From: Camelus ferus
Lineage: Eukaryota
Assembly (NCBI RefSeq): GCF_009834535.1
Contig: NC_045696.1
Span: 23,376,001 to 23,440,000, forward strand
DNA length: 64,000 bases
Direction: 5' to 3'
A model generated the notes under the pieces. That model saw nothing but the letters and a program-made list of their open reading frames with translations. It was not told the DNA's origin and did no database searches. The position numbers were made by a program, and so were the translations under genes. Position 1 is the first letter of the stretch. Each line of letters starts with the position of its first letter. This document shows, piece after piece, positions 1 through 13,350 of this stretch.

Positions 1-1029
1 TTTGGACTGGGGTCATAGCTGCATGGTGATTTAATACACTGTTACTTAATTTTGGTATCTTCAAAATTTTCCACAATAAAAAATAAAATATTAATAGTAC
101 TAATAATGAAAGCTGCATTAAAAACCATTGTTTGTGCCCAAATGAAAAAGTAGTCTAAATTCTTTGGCAAGTTGGTTATTGGAACCTACACCACATTTTT
201 CATTTGATGCCTGAATAAATCCACAGAAACCTATAAAAATTTTTTTTTTTACATTTCCTAATCACTATGGTTTAACTCAGTTATGAATTTTAAATTTTTC
301 TGTGAGCTGGTCTGGGCATCTAGCAACCCCATATAATGTTATTTTCATGCACATGTGAATATGTTCCACAGAATGAATAAGGAAGAAAATTTAGCTTCAC
401 CAGATACATGTTTTCCAAACTACCATCTGGCCCTATGGACATATAATACAGGGTATCATCCAATAAAGCACAACCTTTGCAAAAAGGGGACACTATTATT
501 ACCAAAAACACACACACACAAATTACCAAAAAATACACACAAACTGAGACTGCTCCATGCAAACCAAGACACAGTTGCATATCTGTAAGGTGAACAGTTA
601 TATTGTACTTATGCTGAAAGAGTTTATGTGTCTTGGAAACTTAATTATTTTTCTAGTTCTACAATACTATTACTTTACAAATAAAAACTAAGAACTATGA
701 AATAACAGACTGATCTTTTAAACCACAAACTATAGGATAATACAGATCTTTCCTTCTCTTCTTATAAGGATTCTTCTTTCAGATTATATTTGATGGCTAA
801 AATAATCCTACAGGTTGTGGATAATTCCCCACATTTTAGTCAAATTAAAATTATTTACTATGGTAGTCTAATGTCATGTCTTTTTTAACTTTGAAGTGAT
901 GACCTGTCTCATTCAATAATTGCTTAAAAGAATCTGTTACGGCAAGGACTAACCAAGTCAGAAAAATAAAATTAAACTGCAAAACTAAAATTCATGTAAT
1001 CCTTATGTTAGTCAAGAAAGGCCCAATTA

Positions 1030-1425
1030 CACTATGGTGGTAAATAAAGCCTGAAATTTCAGTGACTTATGACATAGAATTATTTCTTTTTCACTTAGTT
1101 TTTAGAATATTTCACTCTCTTTCACTTTCAAATAGCCCATCTGCAATCAGAATCTCGGAACTCCAGGCTCTTTCGCCCGTGGGCCTCTGCCATCTCAATA
1201 CATGGTCCCACTGCAACTGTGACTGGAAGAACAAGGACAGTGAGCACATGGCTTCTCAAGGCTCTTCCAGGAAGTGACCAATGGCTTCCGAGCACATTTC
1301 ATTGGCCAGGCTAGTCACACGGTGCTGCCTCCCTTTCAGAGGGCTGAGGAATCTACTCTTCCTTTGTACTCAAAAGGAAGACAATGTAATGGGATCATTC
1401 GGTGAACAGAGTGAAACTTCCAGAA
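1030..1425 (-). mobile_element. Old MaLR solo LTR (MLT1J/K/L-like)
   Basis: Typical MLT1 antisense motifs 'ggaagtgacc...cacatttcattggccaggctagtcacacgg' and 'ggtgaacag'. Boundaries approximate. Confidence 0.6.
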
Positions 1426-2599
1426 AGACAGATTTTCAGCCAAACAAGTGGCTATTTCTATACTTTATCTAATCAAAGTAATACAGTAACATTTGTGAGG
1501 CCGTTATGTCCACTGCCCTCCAACTTGGCTCGATGATGTCCAAAACACCACAGGTGAAATAAAAGATTTTCAGAGAAAAAGCTTTGCATAAATGTCTTTA
1601 GAGGCCTAATCTGATAGCAGGAAAACAAGGTTTCCTGAAGTTATTCTAAACAAAATGCCTCAAGTCATTTAATCTCTCTTTGTGGTGTTCTACATGGAGA
1701 TAGGCAAAAAGCTCATCACAGCCCTCTGAAAAAACAACTCTTTACATTTTGAAAAATAATATCCCCCAGTCTCTGCAGGTAAAACATTCCAAATGGTCCC
1801 TTAACATTTGTTCATTATAATCCTGTTCTGAGGGCAAAAATAGACTTTTGCAATGTATGATTCACTGTATTAAATCTATTCAATTAAAATGGTAGAGGAC
1901 TAATGTGAGGAAAAAAGTATTTAAAGACCTAAAGATACAATTATTAAAGAGAATTTTGGGTAATGACTTAGATTGAAAGATAACTACTTTCCATACATTT
2001 AGTCGCGATGTGAATTATTATTAAGAGTGATAATTGAAAGACTCAGTCTACCATTTATGCATTAGAGATTGTGAATTCACCATCTTTGGAGGTCTAATTT
2101 TGGAATTTTGTCTGATATTTATAATGCAATACAGGCAAACCACTTAAATTCTTTTCTAGCTTTATAATCTTCCTTATAAATGAAAATCACATTCTTGTTT
2201 CCACAACGCATTAGAAAAAGACTATATCTAGCAGATAAAACTGAACTATGAGGTAGAAACATGAATTTAAAGTTAGCTTTATTCTTTAAATTCTCCTTCC
2301 TTTATTCTTAGGGCTACACGATTGGTAGTCCAGACGCTCAGTGCCTGCGCTTCTCAGCCCCTTCCTGAGTAAGTAGCCTCAGGCAGTTCTTCCCACAGTA
2401 GCCAGGTCTTAAGCAATAGGATCCTGGCTTGAAGATCAGGAATTAGCTCAAGGCAAAGAAAACTATGCACTCAGGTAATTGTGTAATTTATTATCCTAAT
2501 TGGGACAATCCTGAGAGTAAAATAGGGAGCTATTACTAATTTCACCTAGAAAATACACCAAAACTTTGATCTTTTACCTTGACCTTTCTACATATAAGC

Positions 2600-3036
2600 T
2601 GCCCTCAATGGGATCCAACCAGCTTTAAGGAAACTTAAAGAGACTGCATATAGGGGTGCTCTATGGTCAAATGACAACAATGAATACAGTTGAGTAACAA
2701 GTTTAATGTCCTTTAGTCAAAGGACAACGGTTCATCTATCGGAGGGGTACAGAGCCTCACAAGCAGCGAAGCTCTGTTCCCGGGGGGTTAGGGGCAAGAG
2801 TGTGTTTACAGAGCTTTAGAAGAGGCAACAAAGAAACAGGGCATGATTAGCTGCAAGGCTGAGGATTTCCTTATAAGGCTAGCAGGTCCCATCTTCTAGG
2901 GTGCAGTGAGCGAGCTGTGACTGACATATGTTAGGTTTTCCTGACAGTTGTTTCTCATAGGTGCAGGCTGACTGAGGTTTAGATTTCTGATGTGGGCTGG
3001 GCCACTGGGGCAGTCTCCATTTTGTCCGACCCAACA
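2600..3036 (-). mobile_element. ERV1-class solo LTR
   Basis: Ends in 'ccaaca' at 3036 (TGTTGG start on minus), minus-strand ATTAAA at 2702-2707, ~430 bp and GC-richer than the flanks. Confidence 0.55.
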
Positions 3037-3680
3037 GATAAATTAACTTTATCACTATGTAAAATTACAACAAATTCACTCAACAAATTCTTCTCTCCTG
3101 GAGAGTATAAATAAATGCCCCCCCCCCAAAAAAAGAGAGGAGCAGGTAGCAACTTCTGGGGGGGAGGAGGGCATCCTCAGTGTTGCCTGGTCATCTTATC
3201 GTGAACTCTCATCACCTAGCATAACCCAAAAGCATCTCTTCCTCACAACTTTAACACACAATTATCATGGGAATCTCAGTGCTGGGTTAGGGTGTAGGAA
3301 AGATGAGTAACCAGGTCACCACCACCTTTGGGTTAAAGATTAGGCTTCTAGGAGAGCTGGAAAATCAAGAGGGTATTACAAATAAATTTAAATGCTCATG
3401 TAAATGTATATATTTGAATATTATGCAATTTTTAAGAATTCCCATGACCAGAACAAGTAATATTTCACCAGGCATAAAGACTGTTTTGACCAGCCAATAA
3501 TTCCACAATGTCTTAAAAACGGAACACCAAGTGAAAATAAATTGAAAGGCTGAAGAAGAATTTCAGAGTATAAACTATGAGAAAATGGAATTCTGAAAGT
3601 TTTGTAAGTAATCCAAATATGTGCTTAAACATTGGACTGAAGATTGTCCATTGAAAGTATCAGAACAAAGATTTGATCTA

Positions 3681-3694
3681 CTGCCATCTAGTGG
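3681..3694 (-). promoter_or_regulatory. Candidate CTCF binding site
   Basis: Minus strand reads CCACTAGATGGCAG, a full match to the CTCF core consensus CCASYAGRKGGCRS. Confidence 0.55.
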
Positions 3695-5414
3695 ATATTT
3701 TATTTACATTTATTTATTAGCAGCTGACAAAAGCAAAAACAAAAATGAAAACGTAACAGTCTAATTTCAAACTCCAGGGAACATAAGTGACTACCTCCTG
3801 CAGCGGTTGGGCACCAGGTGAAGCACAGGAGGGGCGAAAGCTTAGGGCTCTGAGGTCCCACCTCTAACCCAACCAGAGCAGTTGCATTTTATCTGTTCTG
3901 TATTTGGGGCTTCTGACTCAATTTCATTTGAAATCTTAAAGTGAAGTGAAAGGATTTAGTGAAAATCTAAAAAGGATTCCACTTCCAAAAAGGGAAAAGA
4001 AAAGGAACATTCACTTCTAAAATGTTAAATGATCTTATCTGGTCTCATGCCCCTCCTTGTATAAATGGATAAGCCATTGTTTTTCTAATGTCACATAAAT
4101 GGAGAGTGGCACAGCTCACAGTAGAACTGAGCTGTTTTGATTCCTATTCTCATTTCAAATAATTTTGGGGTAACTTGAAGTCCAATAGACTTTAACAGAC
4201 TTCAAGTCTCATGCTCTTTTTCAACAGAACAAAGAGCTTATTTCATTTAAAAATAGACTATTTCCTTCATCCTTATTTAAAATAACTTTACTCTCTCCCT
4301 TGTACCATTAGAAATTTGGGTGAGGATAGAACCTCAAAATAAATCAATGCAAGTGAAATCATGGCTATAAATTGTAGTAATACTGTGTCAAATACACATT
4401 TAGTTAGTCTAGTAATAATGAATAAATAGCTTCTAAATGTGTTGCCTCTCTTCTCTCTTAAGATGCACTTAATTTTAGAGGTGAAAGAGATATTACAAAT
4501 CATTTGATAAAACTATCTTTTAAAAAATTATTTCATGTTTTACAAAGCATAAAACTATCAACTCTGGGGGGTGCAGAGAAGTCACATTCCTCATCCCAAG
4601 CTAGTCTGAGTATTTCTCCAGCTCTCCTGACCTCTTGTCCACCAGAAAGATGGAAGAGCCGGAGATAAAGAGGAAACAGGTTTACAGGAGGCAATTGTTA
4701 CTGTTTTGTTCATCTGGTTATGATGGGTGAAAACTGGGGAGTTTCAAGTGCTGGGAGGAAAGAGTTGGTTGAAAGGGAGATGATGATACAAGGAAAAGAA
4801 GGATCATCAGTGGAGCAAGATCCTTGAGGACTTAAGAGAATATATAATCCAGAATGCATGTGGAGAGAAGAGATATCACTCTCCAGAAGTGAGGTGGTGT
4901 GTCCACATCTGTAACAGCACTGTCACTTTGATTATCTCACTTGAAATCTCCACAGAACAAATATTTTTAAGAAATGACACTGAAGTATTTATATGCACTT
5001 CTACATCCAGACTATACCATCTCACTATAATTTATAAATTTGTAATTCAAAAATCCAGGGTTTTTTTCTGTATCTATCTTATAAGCTACTTTCACCTTTA
5101 CTCTCTTTTATTTTTAATCCAAATGTACATCCCTCATATGATACCACAAAAATATCATGTGTGTTTTAGCATTTAAAAGAAAGATATAAAATCATTTCTA
5201 GGAGGAAACCACAATATTATTCAAAAGATGTATGTATTTTTAAATAGTTTGTGTAACCACAGTAACTCATACAGAGTAAGTTAGACATTTTACTATTTTT
5301 CCAGACCCCTCTTGAATTTTTCAAATTTATAATTTTATTTTATAATCAGAAATACTGTATTTCAGAGAAAATATTACCCTTAAAATCAGATTTTTAAAAA
5401 AAAAATTAAAAAAA

Positions 5415-5570
5415 ATCTTGGTTCTTTTTCTGAGTCTGCCATAAACTATTCTGTGAACTTGGGCAAATCAAATAGCATTTCCTTTCCATACTTCCTGAGC
5501 CCATTTGCAAAATAAGGGAATTAACTAGATCATTTTAAGTCTATTTCGAACAATAAATGGTTCTGATTTT
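5415..5570 (+). mobile_element. MIR/MIR3 SINE fragment
   Basis: Core 'tgtgaacttgggcaaatca...catttgcaaaataaggga' with MIR3-like tail 'ttctgatt'. Confidence 0.6.
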
Positions 5571-6184
5571 ACTATATGATTGCTCTCATTTTGAGTAAGT
5601 ATGTGTTGTTATACAAATTGCTGATTATTTCTTTTATGCCCATAAGTCAATAAAATTTTTAAATATTCATGGGCTTTATGGAGACCCAAATATGAAGAAA
5701 AGGTGATTTCTCCAAAGAGAAATCATTTGAAAAGCTCCAGGATGCATTTAAAAAGATAAATTTTATATATGTTGGTAGAAAATGACAATAACCTGCCTGT
5801 CTCATAAGGAAAAATGAAAGTTTTCAAAGACAAATGAAGTAATAAGTTATCTATGTACATTTACATGTTGGCTAGAATATAGAAGATAACAAGACTGCTA
5901 GGAATTTGATTTTCTATGCTTCTTCTTTGTTAAATTGTAATAGGAAAATTACAGGCAACTGGCACCATCAACTCAAGGAGGGCTTAAGCTATCAGGTAAG
6001 TATTGAGTGAGAGAAAGAAGAATGTACCCAGTAGGAATTCATGGTATGAAGTTAGCCCACATCACAGAGCTGTCTTACTAAGAATAGACTGGGTTTTAAA
6101 TGAAGCCTTCCTTTTAACAAAGCAATTTATATAAGAGAGCAAAATCCCATCAGTATAACTTATGTTATTACCCTGTAAAGAACC

Positions 6185-6305
6185 CTGAGAACAAGCTTCA
6201 TGAGAACATGGGACATTGTCTATTTGCTTTACTGCTGTGTCCTTCCGTGCTCATAGCAGATTGGTACACAGATAGCACTTAACCAATATTTGTTAAAAGA
6301 ATTAA
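6185..6305 (+). mobile_element. L2 LINE 3' end
   Basis: 'aagcttcatgagaacatgggac...ggtacacagatagcacttaaccaatatttgttaaaagaattaa' resembles the L2 tail. Confidence 0.6.
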
Positions 6306-7729
6306 CATCCTGGACTGCTTCCTGCTATTAATGTAGAGTACTAATGAAATCTGATGTTTAAATGAGAGAGTTTAATTCAGCAACTATGCACTGAGTGTCT
6401 AACACATGTCAACAAATTTATCTATCACTACTACGATCCATACTTTCAAAACCAAAACTCAGTTTGTATGATCTGCAAAGTACAAATGAATGCAACAGAA
6501 AATGTTATTGAAAATGTAAACTTGGCAAACCATTCAGGAATTTATATATTATAGAGGAGCCACATAATTTCTAATCTAAAATGGATCATTATGCAAAATG
6601 AAAGAGCATATCCTTAGTAATCACCCCTGGATATCAGGCATTCACTCGACGTGTCCCTGGGGAAACAGGTGTGTATGGTCTCTTGAACGGACTCCTGCTA
6701 AAGTCTATACCCAGTGAAAGGCCGTGTTTCTACAGCAGTAAAAACCCAGTCAGTCAATTCTAGAAAATTGATTATTATATAACAAAGGTAAAAAAGCAAT
6801 TAAGTTTAATGAAATTTTGAAGAATCTGAAACTATCGTTGCTGGGAAGGTAGTGGCAAAATTTAACTCCATAGCAAAATGAATAGCTTTTAAGAACTGAA
6901 AAGCCAAATATATCCTAATGCACAATGACACTGACATCCAAGACTACTTTTGGATGTACTTAATAGGATGTTAGCTAATTGCTGCTTACAAGAAAAATGA
7001 GAACAAAGATTAGCAAAAGACAATATGACTATACGATACCCCAAATAATGTGTAACTTTTTGCTTCTCTTATATTCATAGTTCAACCAATAACTACACCT
7101 ACAAGATATCATGACAAAGTTCATTCAATCACCATCATCATTATTGACACCATGAAAAAAACATGAACAGAGCTAGAAGGAAGTAGCAGCAAATCTTAAT
7201 AGGTAGGATGAAATTATCAAACATAAAATTGGCACATAGGGGTTCAGATATGATATTGAATATAGCATATTATTTCTTCACTCTACTAATACTCCTGACA
7301 AGTAGTTGCATCTTGCAAATCTATATACCTTTGAACATCCCTCTGCCTCAATCATCAGAAACCCTTTGTGATTCTCCTGTCTACTCAACTATGTTAAGTT
7401 CTTGGGAGTAGGGGGTGGAGAAAGAGAGAGGTTCTTGTACCTTTTTTAAAAATGCAACTATTTGTAGACTCAGTCATTCCCAAGTTAAGGTTTTTTAAAA
7501 ATCTGATTTAATTAAGTTGCACTCATAATCCCCTCAAGTCAGCCAAATTAATGGCGGTTTTGATTTGAAGTGCAAACAAAAGCAATCTTACTCTCTATTG
7601 TATAAAACATATCATACTAGAGGTCTCCTGAGAGGCTGGCATTTTATTGAAATCATAATGCTCTTATTGACATTTAAACACACACTTGAACAGGCTTTAT
7701 AACGCCTACAGGAGAGAGAGAAAACCTAA

Positions 7730-7860
7730 CATTATTCCACAGATCTTATTATTTCACCCACAAAATTATCTTTTTTGGTAGTCATTATAACTATCCTTAT
7801 TTTATAATAAGAAAAGTGGGGCTTAGAGAGTTTACAGGGTTCTAACCCAGGTCTTCTGTG
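7730..7860 (-). mobile_element. MIR fragment
   Basis: 'atccttattttataataagaaaagtggggcttagagag...aacccaggtcttctg' resembles the antisense MIR core. Confidence 0.5.
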
Positions 7861-8517
7861 TAGAATCTGTTGTTTTTTTTTTTAATTCCTGAGCACAATG
7901 AAGATTGCTACAGGAAAGTCCATGGGTATCAGTTATCTGATTCATGAGCATTAGACACTTGGACTGTGGGTTAACCTTCTGTACAGAATGTCACCGATTA
8001 TAGGCCTATCCATTGGTCATTCAGAGTATCATGGTCTAAAAAAAAATCAAAGTGTTTTCATGTATCTTTATATATGTCTTAGGACATTTGTTTTTTCCGA
8101 CAAATCCAAGAGTAAGGAAGGAAAGAGTAGAGTAAATGAATTAAATATAATTAGTTGCCTGGATTTGTAAAATTATACCAGTATCATGAACAGATTATAC
8201 AGTCTTTAAAAAAACTTTTTAAATGAAATCAATATTAGATGGGATAAAACCGATAATTATAACAATAGTTTGATAACTTGTTCAAATAAAAGGAAAATCT
8301 AATTCAATACATGGAGTAGAATCAATAAACCAAAGTGTTTACACAAGCAGGAACACATCTCTGTTGTAGCACTGGACTACACCGTATTACTATTTATTTA
8401 AATACACAAACACTCACCCACTCACTCATTCACACTCCCCAACTACACTGTGCACTTTGAAAAACAGAAACCATGAATTTATTATCTTTATATCACCATC
8501 CTTTGCAAAAACAGACA

Positions 8518-8680
8518 GAATCCTCACAATCTTATACGATAGGTATTATTATACAAAGGAGAAAACCGAGGAACAGAGAAGTTGCGTGACTGGTCCAAGG
8601 TTATGTATCCAGTAAGTAATGGAATCTAGATTCAGAACCAGGTGTTTGGCCAGAGATTCCTGTGCTCCTAACCACTTCTA
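8518..8680 (-). mobile_element. MIR SINE
   Basis: 'aatcctcacaa...gaaaaccgaggaacagagaagttgcgtgactggtccaaggtta...ctcctaaccact'. Confidence 0.7.
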
Positions 8681-10147
8681 AACTGCCCCACGGAGTAAGT
8701 GATCATTAAGTACTAATTGACATAGTTTTCCTTATTATCAGTTCTGATGTTCATTCTGAAAATGAACACCTTAAGTACTTCACTTTGTACATTCTGGGCA
8801 GGTTCAGAAAGCTATGAGAGAAACTGCTACATTGACTTTCATTGTTGCCCACAAACAGAAAACTGTTAGTTACATGGAAGTAAAGACACCTTGGGAGGAA
8901 AAGAAAAGAATTACGAAGCTCTTAACTACAGAGGAGGATAATGCTGGGCCTAGGAAACCACGTGACCCTGAAACCCTAGTGAGCCTTTAGACCACATCAA
9001 TGGGCCTACTGTCTTCAAAGAGCACAGTTGTAGTCCTGCCTATGCCTACATTCATTAGACCCTCCAAAGAGCATTCTTTTGAGTTCTAGGTGTCAGGGTT
9101 ATAGAATCACAGACAAAGTGAAGAAAACTCAAATGAGAATCATAGGGCTCAAAACTATTGCTTTTCTACATTTTTTTGAGGAGATGGGACCATACATTAC
9201 ATAGTAAGACTGAACACTTAAACTCTAATTTTATACTGATACATACATTAATCTGTAGAATTTCCATAATGAACATCAATTAAAAATACTGAACTAGATT
9301 TCAAGAGGCCAGATTATTGTCTGCACAGCTTCTAGTTTGTGGCAAATGCACAACATGTTTGAGAAGGGAACTAAGAAAATGGAGGAAGAAAATGGACAGT
9401 GATTCATCTAGAAAGGGAAGAAACTAATCATACTTCTGTTTTCTCCTTTGCCTTCACAAAATTAAACTGATTGTGTAAATTCAACAACTTGTTGACTATG
9501 TCTTGCAGTCCTAACCACTAGGTGAAAGCTAGAAAATCTAATATTAGGCACAGGGTTTATTAGCAAATAGTAGTTGCAAGATTCTTCTCTTTCAGCATCA
9601 CATGGATTGCAGTGGGTTGTAAACATGAGATGTGTAACCAGGATTGAGAAAGCTAAAATGCCTTAAATGTCTGGATGGTCAGGATCTAGTGAGGCTATTA
9701 AGTGACATTCTGCAATTGTCAAATCAATAAGCATTAATTTTCTCATAAAATAGGTGACATATTTAATAAGTAATATATCTATAGGAAAGAGGAAACGGAA
9801 ACATTTAGCCTAATAATAATTTTTAGTGATTCACACTTACAAAGGCATTCTAATAGTGCCATGACCTTACATTCATCTAGTATTTTTCTGTTTCAAAATT
9901 GCTTTTGCATGCATTACCTTAAGTGATTTGAATCACTGCATAAATAGAAAAATATAAGGAAAATATTAAGCTAGATACTATAGCTAGGTCAGTAGCTTTC
10001 AAACTGATTTATAGAATACTAAGGTAAAATATATGTGCATGTCTAAAAAAAAGAACCAAAGTGTTTGTGATAGACATAGTATATGAGAAAACATTCTACT
10101 CCTGCAGCCAAATAGCAAAATCAAATGTACTGATTATTCAATTTGGG

Positions 10148-10350
10148 CACAGAGATTAAGAATGTGGGCTCTCAAGTCAGAATCTTTGGATTGAATCCCA
10201 GTTTTGCTGCTTCTTACTTAGTCACATGACTTTGGTAAAATGAAGATAAATAGTATCAACGGGTTGATTTGAGGATTAAATGAAATAATGCCTGCGTGGT
10301 ACATAGTGTAGCACGTGGCATAAGTGATCCCCAGTGAGTATCAGCCATTA
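10148..10350 (+). mobile_element. MIR SINE with internal deletion
   Basis: 'ttaagaatgtgggctctcaagtcaga...ggattgaatcccagttttgc...gaggattaaatgaaataatgc'. Confidence 0.7.
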
Positions 10351-13229
10351 ATCCACATTATTTTGTTCCTCTTCTTGTATCAGCAACCAGTTACAGAGCC
10401 GTGTCATCAATCATTAACAGTGAGACATGTTATCATCAATGTTACAAAAATATTCATTAAGTTCCTAAATGTACTTGACATTGCTCTTGATATTGAGTAT
10501 GTTTTATGGGTTAAGTATAAAAAAAAAAAGCTAGAATATGCAAACTTTTCAGGTCAGTTTCATCTTACAAATAAGTGATTCTCAATTATAATCTCAGTTT
10601 TATTGTATAAGCAGAGGTCCCAATATTTAGCCCCACTTTCTAATGCAAGAGTTAATTTTGGAGTAAGAATCAAATGATTATGACATCAAGACTGTCAACA
10701 TGAAGGAGAATGCTTTATTACTTTTATCTAATTTATCACACTACTTTAATAAGTTTAGAAAAGACAGCAATATTATTCAGATGCAAATGGTTTTTGGTTA
10801 CCATGTCTCAAACCATAAGATGTTCCACATTTACTCAGTCACTCCTTGAGCTCTTAAATATCATTTTCTGAGCAGAAGAAGCTGGACAGACCCCTACTAT
10901 CTTACTGTATTTGAGAAACATTTGTTCCCTAAGTGGGCATAATTCATCTCTCAGGATTTATAAGATTCAGAAATCTATTTTTAAATATTGGATTAGAAGA
11001 AAATACTGTCATTGAGATAACTAGAGACTTCAGTAGGAAAAAAAAAAAGATCAGTAACAACAGCACAATTCATTGGCTATAAAAAAAAGTTCAAACTGGC
11101 CCCACCCAAATATGTTTAACCAATCCTGTGATTTAAGATACAATATTTATTTTAACTGAATTCAAAGCCACTGCAAAGTGAACTTGGATATCAGGCTTCC
11201 ATTTTCTCTTCATCAAAATCAAAATTACTTTAAAGAATACTAATATAAATGATGACTTACTAGTAGTTGATTACATCTTTATTGGGCAGTGGAAAAAAAA
11301 ATACACCTCAGTGAGTTCAGTGTCCTTGTTCTCAACCATAAAATAGGAATCCTATACACACACACAATGCTGGATCACTTAAGTGAATATAACTCATGTT
11401 AGCATTTTTAAATTGTTTAACCCCATCTGGCTGATTTTAAAAATACAGATTATTTGGGAGAGTGGAAAGAATACTGAACCAGTCTTTCTGAATCCTGGAT
11501 ACCAGTCTCAGCTGTCCCAAGAAACTGACAGAACCCACTGTTGGGCACGATACTTTCTCCCTCTAAGACTTCTACAAAATGTGGACTTCAGACTATCTGG
11601 TTTCCATTTTCTATTTCTATTTCCCTCGTTATAAAAAGCAAAAGTGTATATATTTTCTGTTATTTCATTCTTTTCTCACAACATGTTCTGGGCAAACAGT
11701 TTGAAGTAAAAAATTTAAAACCTAAACACAACTTGCAAAACATTATCAAGAGTATCACTGTATGAAAAGAAATTAATTTCTCCTTAGCAGTAAGTACAGT
11801 AGCTAAAAGTATAAACTTAAATAGATGAGAAGCATAAAATCAACCATATTTTGGCATTTCATTATCAGATTATATCAAAAACATGTAGAAATACACTATT
11901 AAAAGATTATTGTACTAGCTTATAGATTAAAAATACATACCTCAATTATAATGCTAAGACTCAGGGTTCCATATTTTCTGATTTATTATGCTTTACAGAG
12001 CATTTCAACATCCAGCGTTAATTGCTTACCTCTTCCAAGTAATTAATTCTTTCACATTGGTAACAGCGGAGCTCGATACTATAATTTGCTTATCCTGGCT
12101 GCTTTACAATTAATCTACATGAATTTCATTTATTTTTAAGCTTTAAAACACCAAGCTAAGTTGGGTTAATTCCACACTTGATAAATAGAGGACTTACAAT
12201 TCCCCACAACTGGTTATTTAAGAAAAACGATGCAACAACCATTTACTCTGAGCTTTATAATGAAGGGCCGATGAAATGAAAGACCTAAGACTGATTAGGC
12301 AAAACTGACATCAACTGGTACCGGATGGTAGTAGTTGACAACAACAATAGTAACCCCTGGCATTTGTAAACCCTCTCTCTATAATTGACGGTGCACTTTT
12401 AACTCATTAATTAGAACACTGATTTAAAACTTAGGAACATAATATTATTTATAGAACTAGAGGTGGAGGGTAAATCCAACGTGGTCTAAGTCCCCAAAGA
12501 GCTTTCAGTCTAGTAGCAGAGATAGGCACACGTGTGGCCCTACAGCAATGCTGACTGCCATGCATGCACTAATGGAAGCACAAAGGGAATAATGGAAAAG
12601 TGAGAGGTTCTGGCCACAATGATTTGAAAAGATTTCACAGAAAAGGAAACACTTAACTGGTCCTTGAGGCAAAGAAAAATTTCAAATGTCAAAAAAAAAT
12701 TAATAATTAAAAAGGGAAGGGTGGGAGGTGGGGAAGCAGTCCACACAGGGGGAATCTCTCTGTGCTAGCCATGTGTTCAACCTCTACAGATAAGGAAAAC
12801 CAGGAGAGAAATACATGATCTGATCAAGGGTAGAATGAGAGAAAGAATCAGAGCCATCTCTTGAACGTTTCACTCCTGGGCCAAATGTTTCCATGCTCTA
12901 TCACGCTGCATCCTTCCTCTGGAGGAACAAGGCTTCTGTGCTTTCACAACCATCTCCGCCCTCCATTTATTCCTCCATGTTGCCACACCCTTTGCAGGAC
13001 CTTGCTAGGATGTCCAGAGCAAAACACAGATGCAGCCACGTCTCCATACAACACATCAAAATTTAGCTTGTGTCTCAAAATCAAACAAACACATCTAGGT
13101 CTATTTGGGGGCACCCTTTCCTCACCATTCTCCAACATTTCAAAGGAATGGGAGCTGTGCTTTCGCCACATGGCATGCTCAATAAAACTGCCACCCATTT
13201 CCCTAACCCTTCCATTTTTTCTCCTTCAG

Positions 13230-13350
13230 TTTTGTCAAGTGTTCCCAATTCCAAGAAATCGTAATTCAGAACGTGGGGGAGGTTGCAGATTTTTGGCTCA
13301 GGAGGTCGGGCAGATGTTATTCCTTAAGGAAGACGATCATGATTGCCTAT
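13230..13350 (+). other. Candidate plus-strand (antisense) internal exon, 121 nt
   Basis: Branch point CCCTAAC (13201-13207), pyrimidine tract 'ccttccattttttctccttcag' ending at 13229, donor TAT|GTGAGT at 13351. No transcript evidence is available. Confidence 0.3.
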
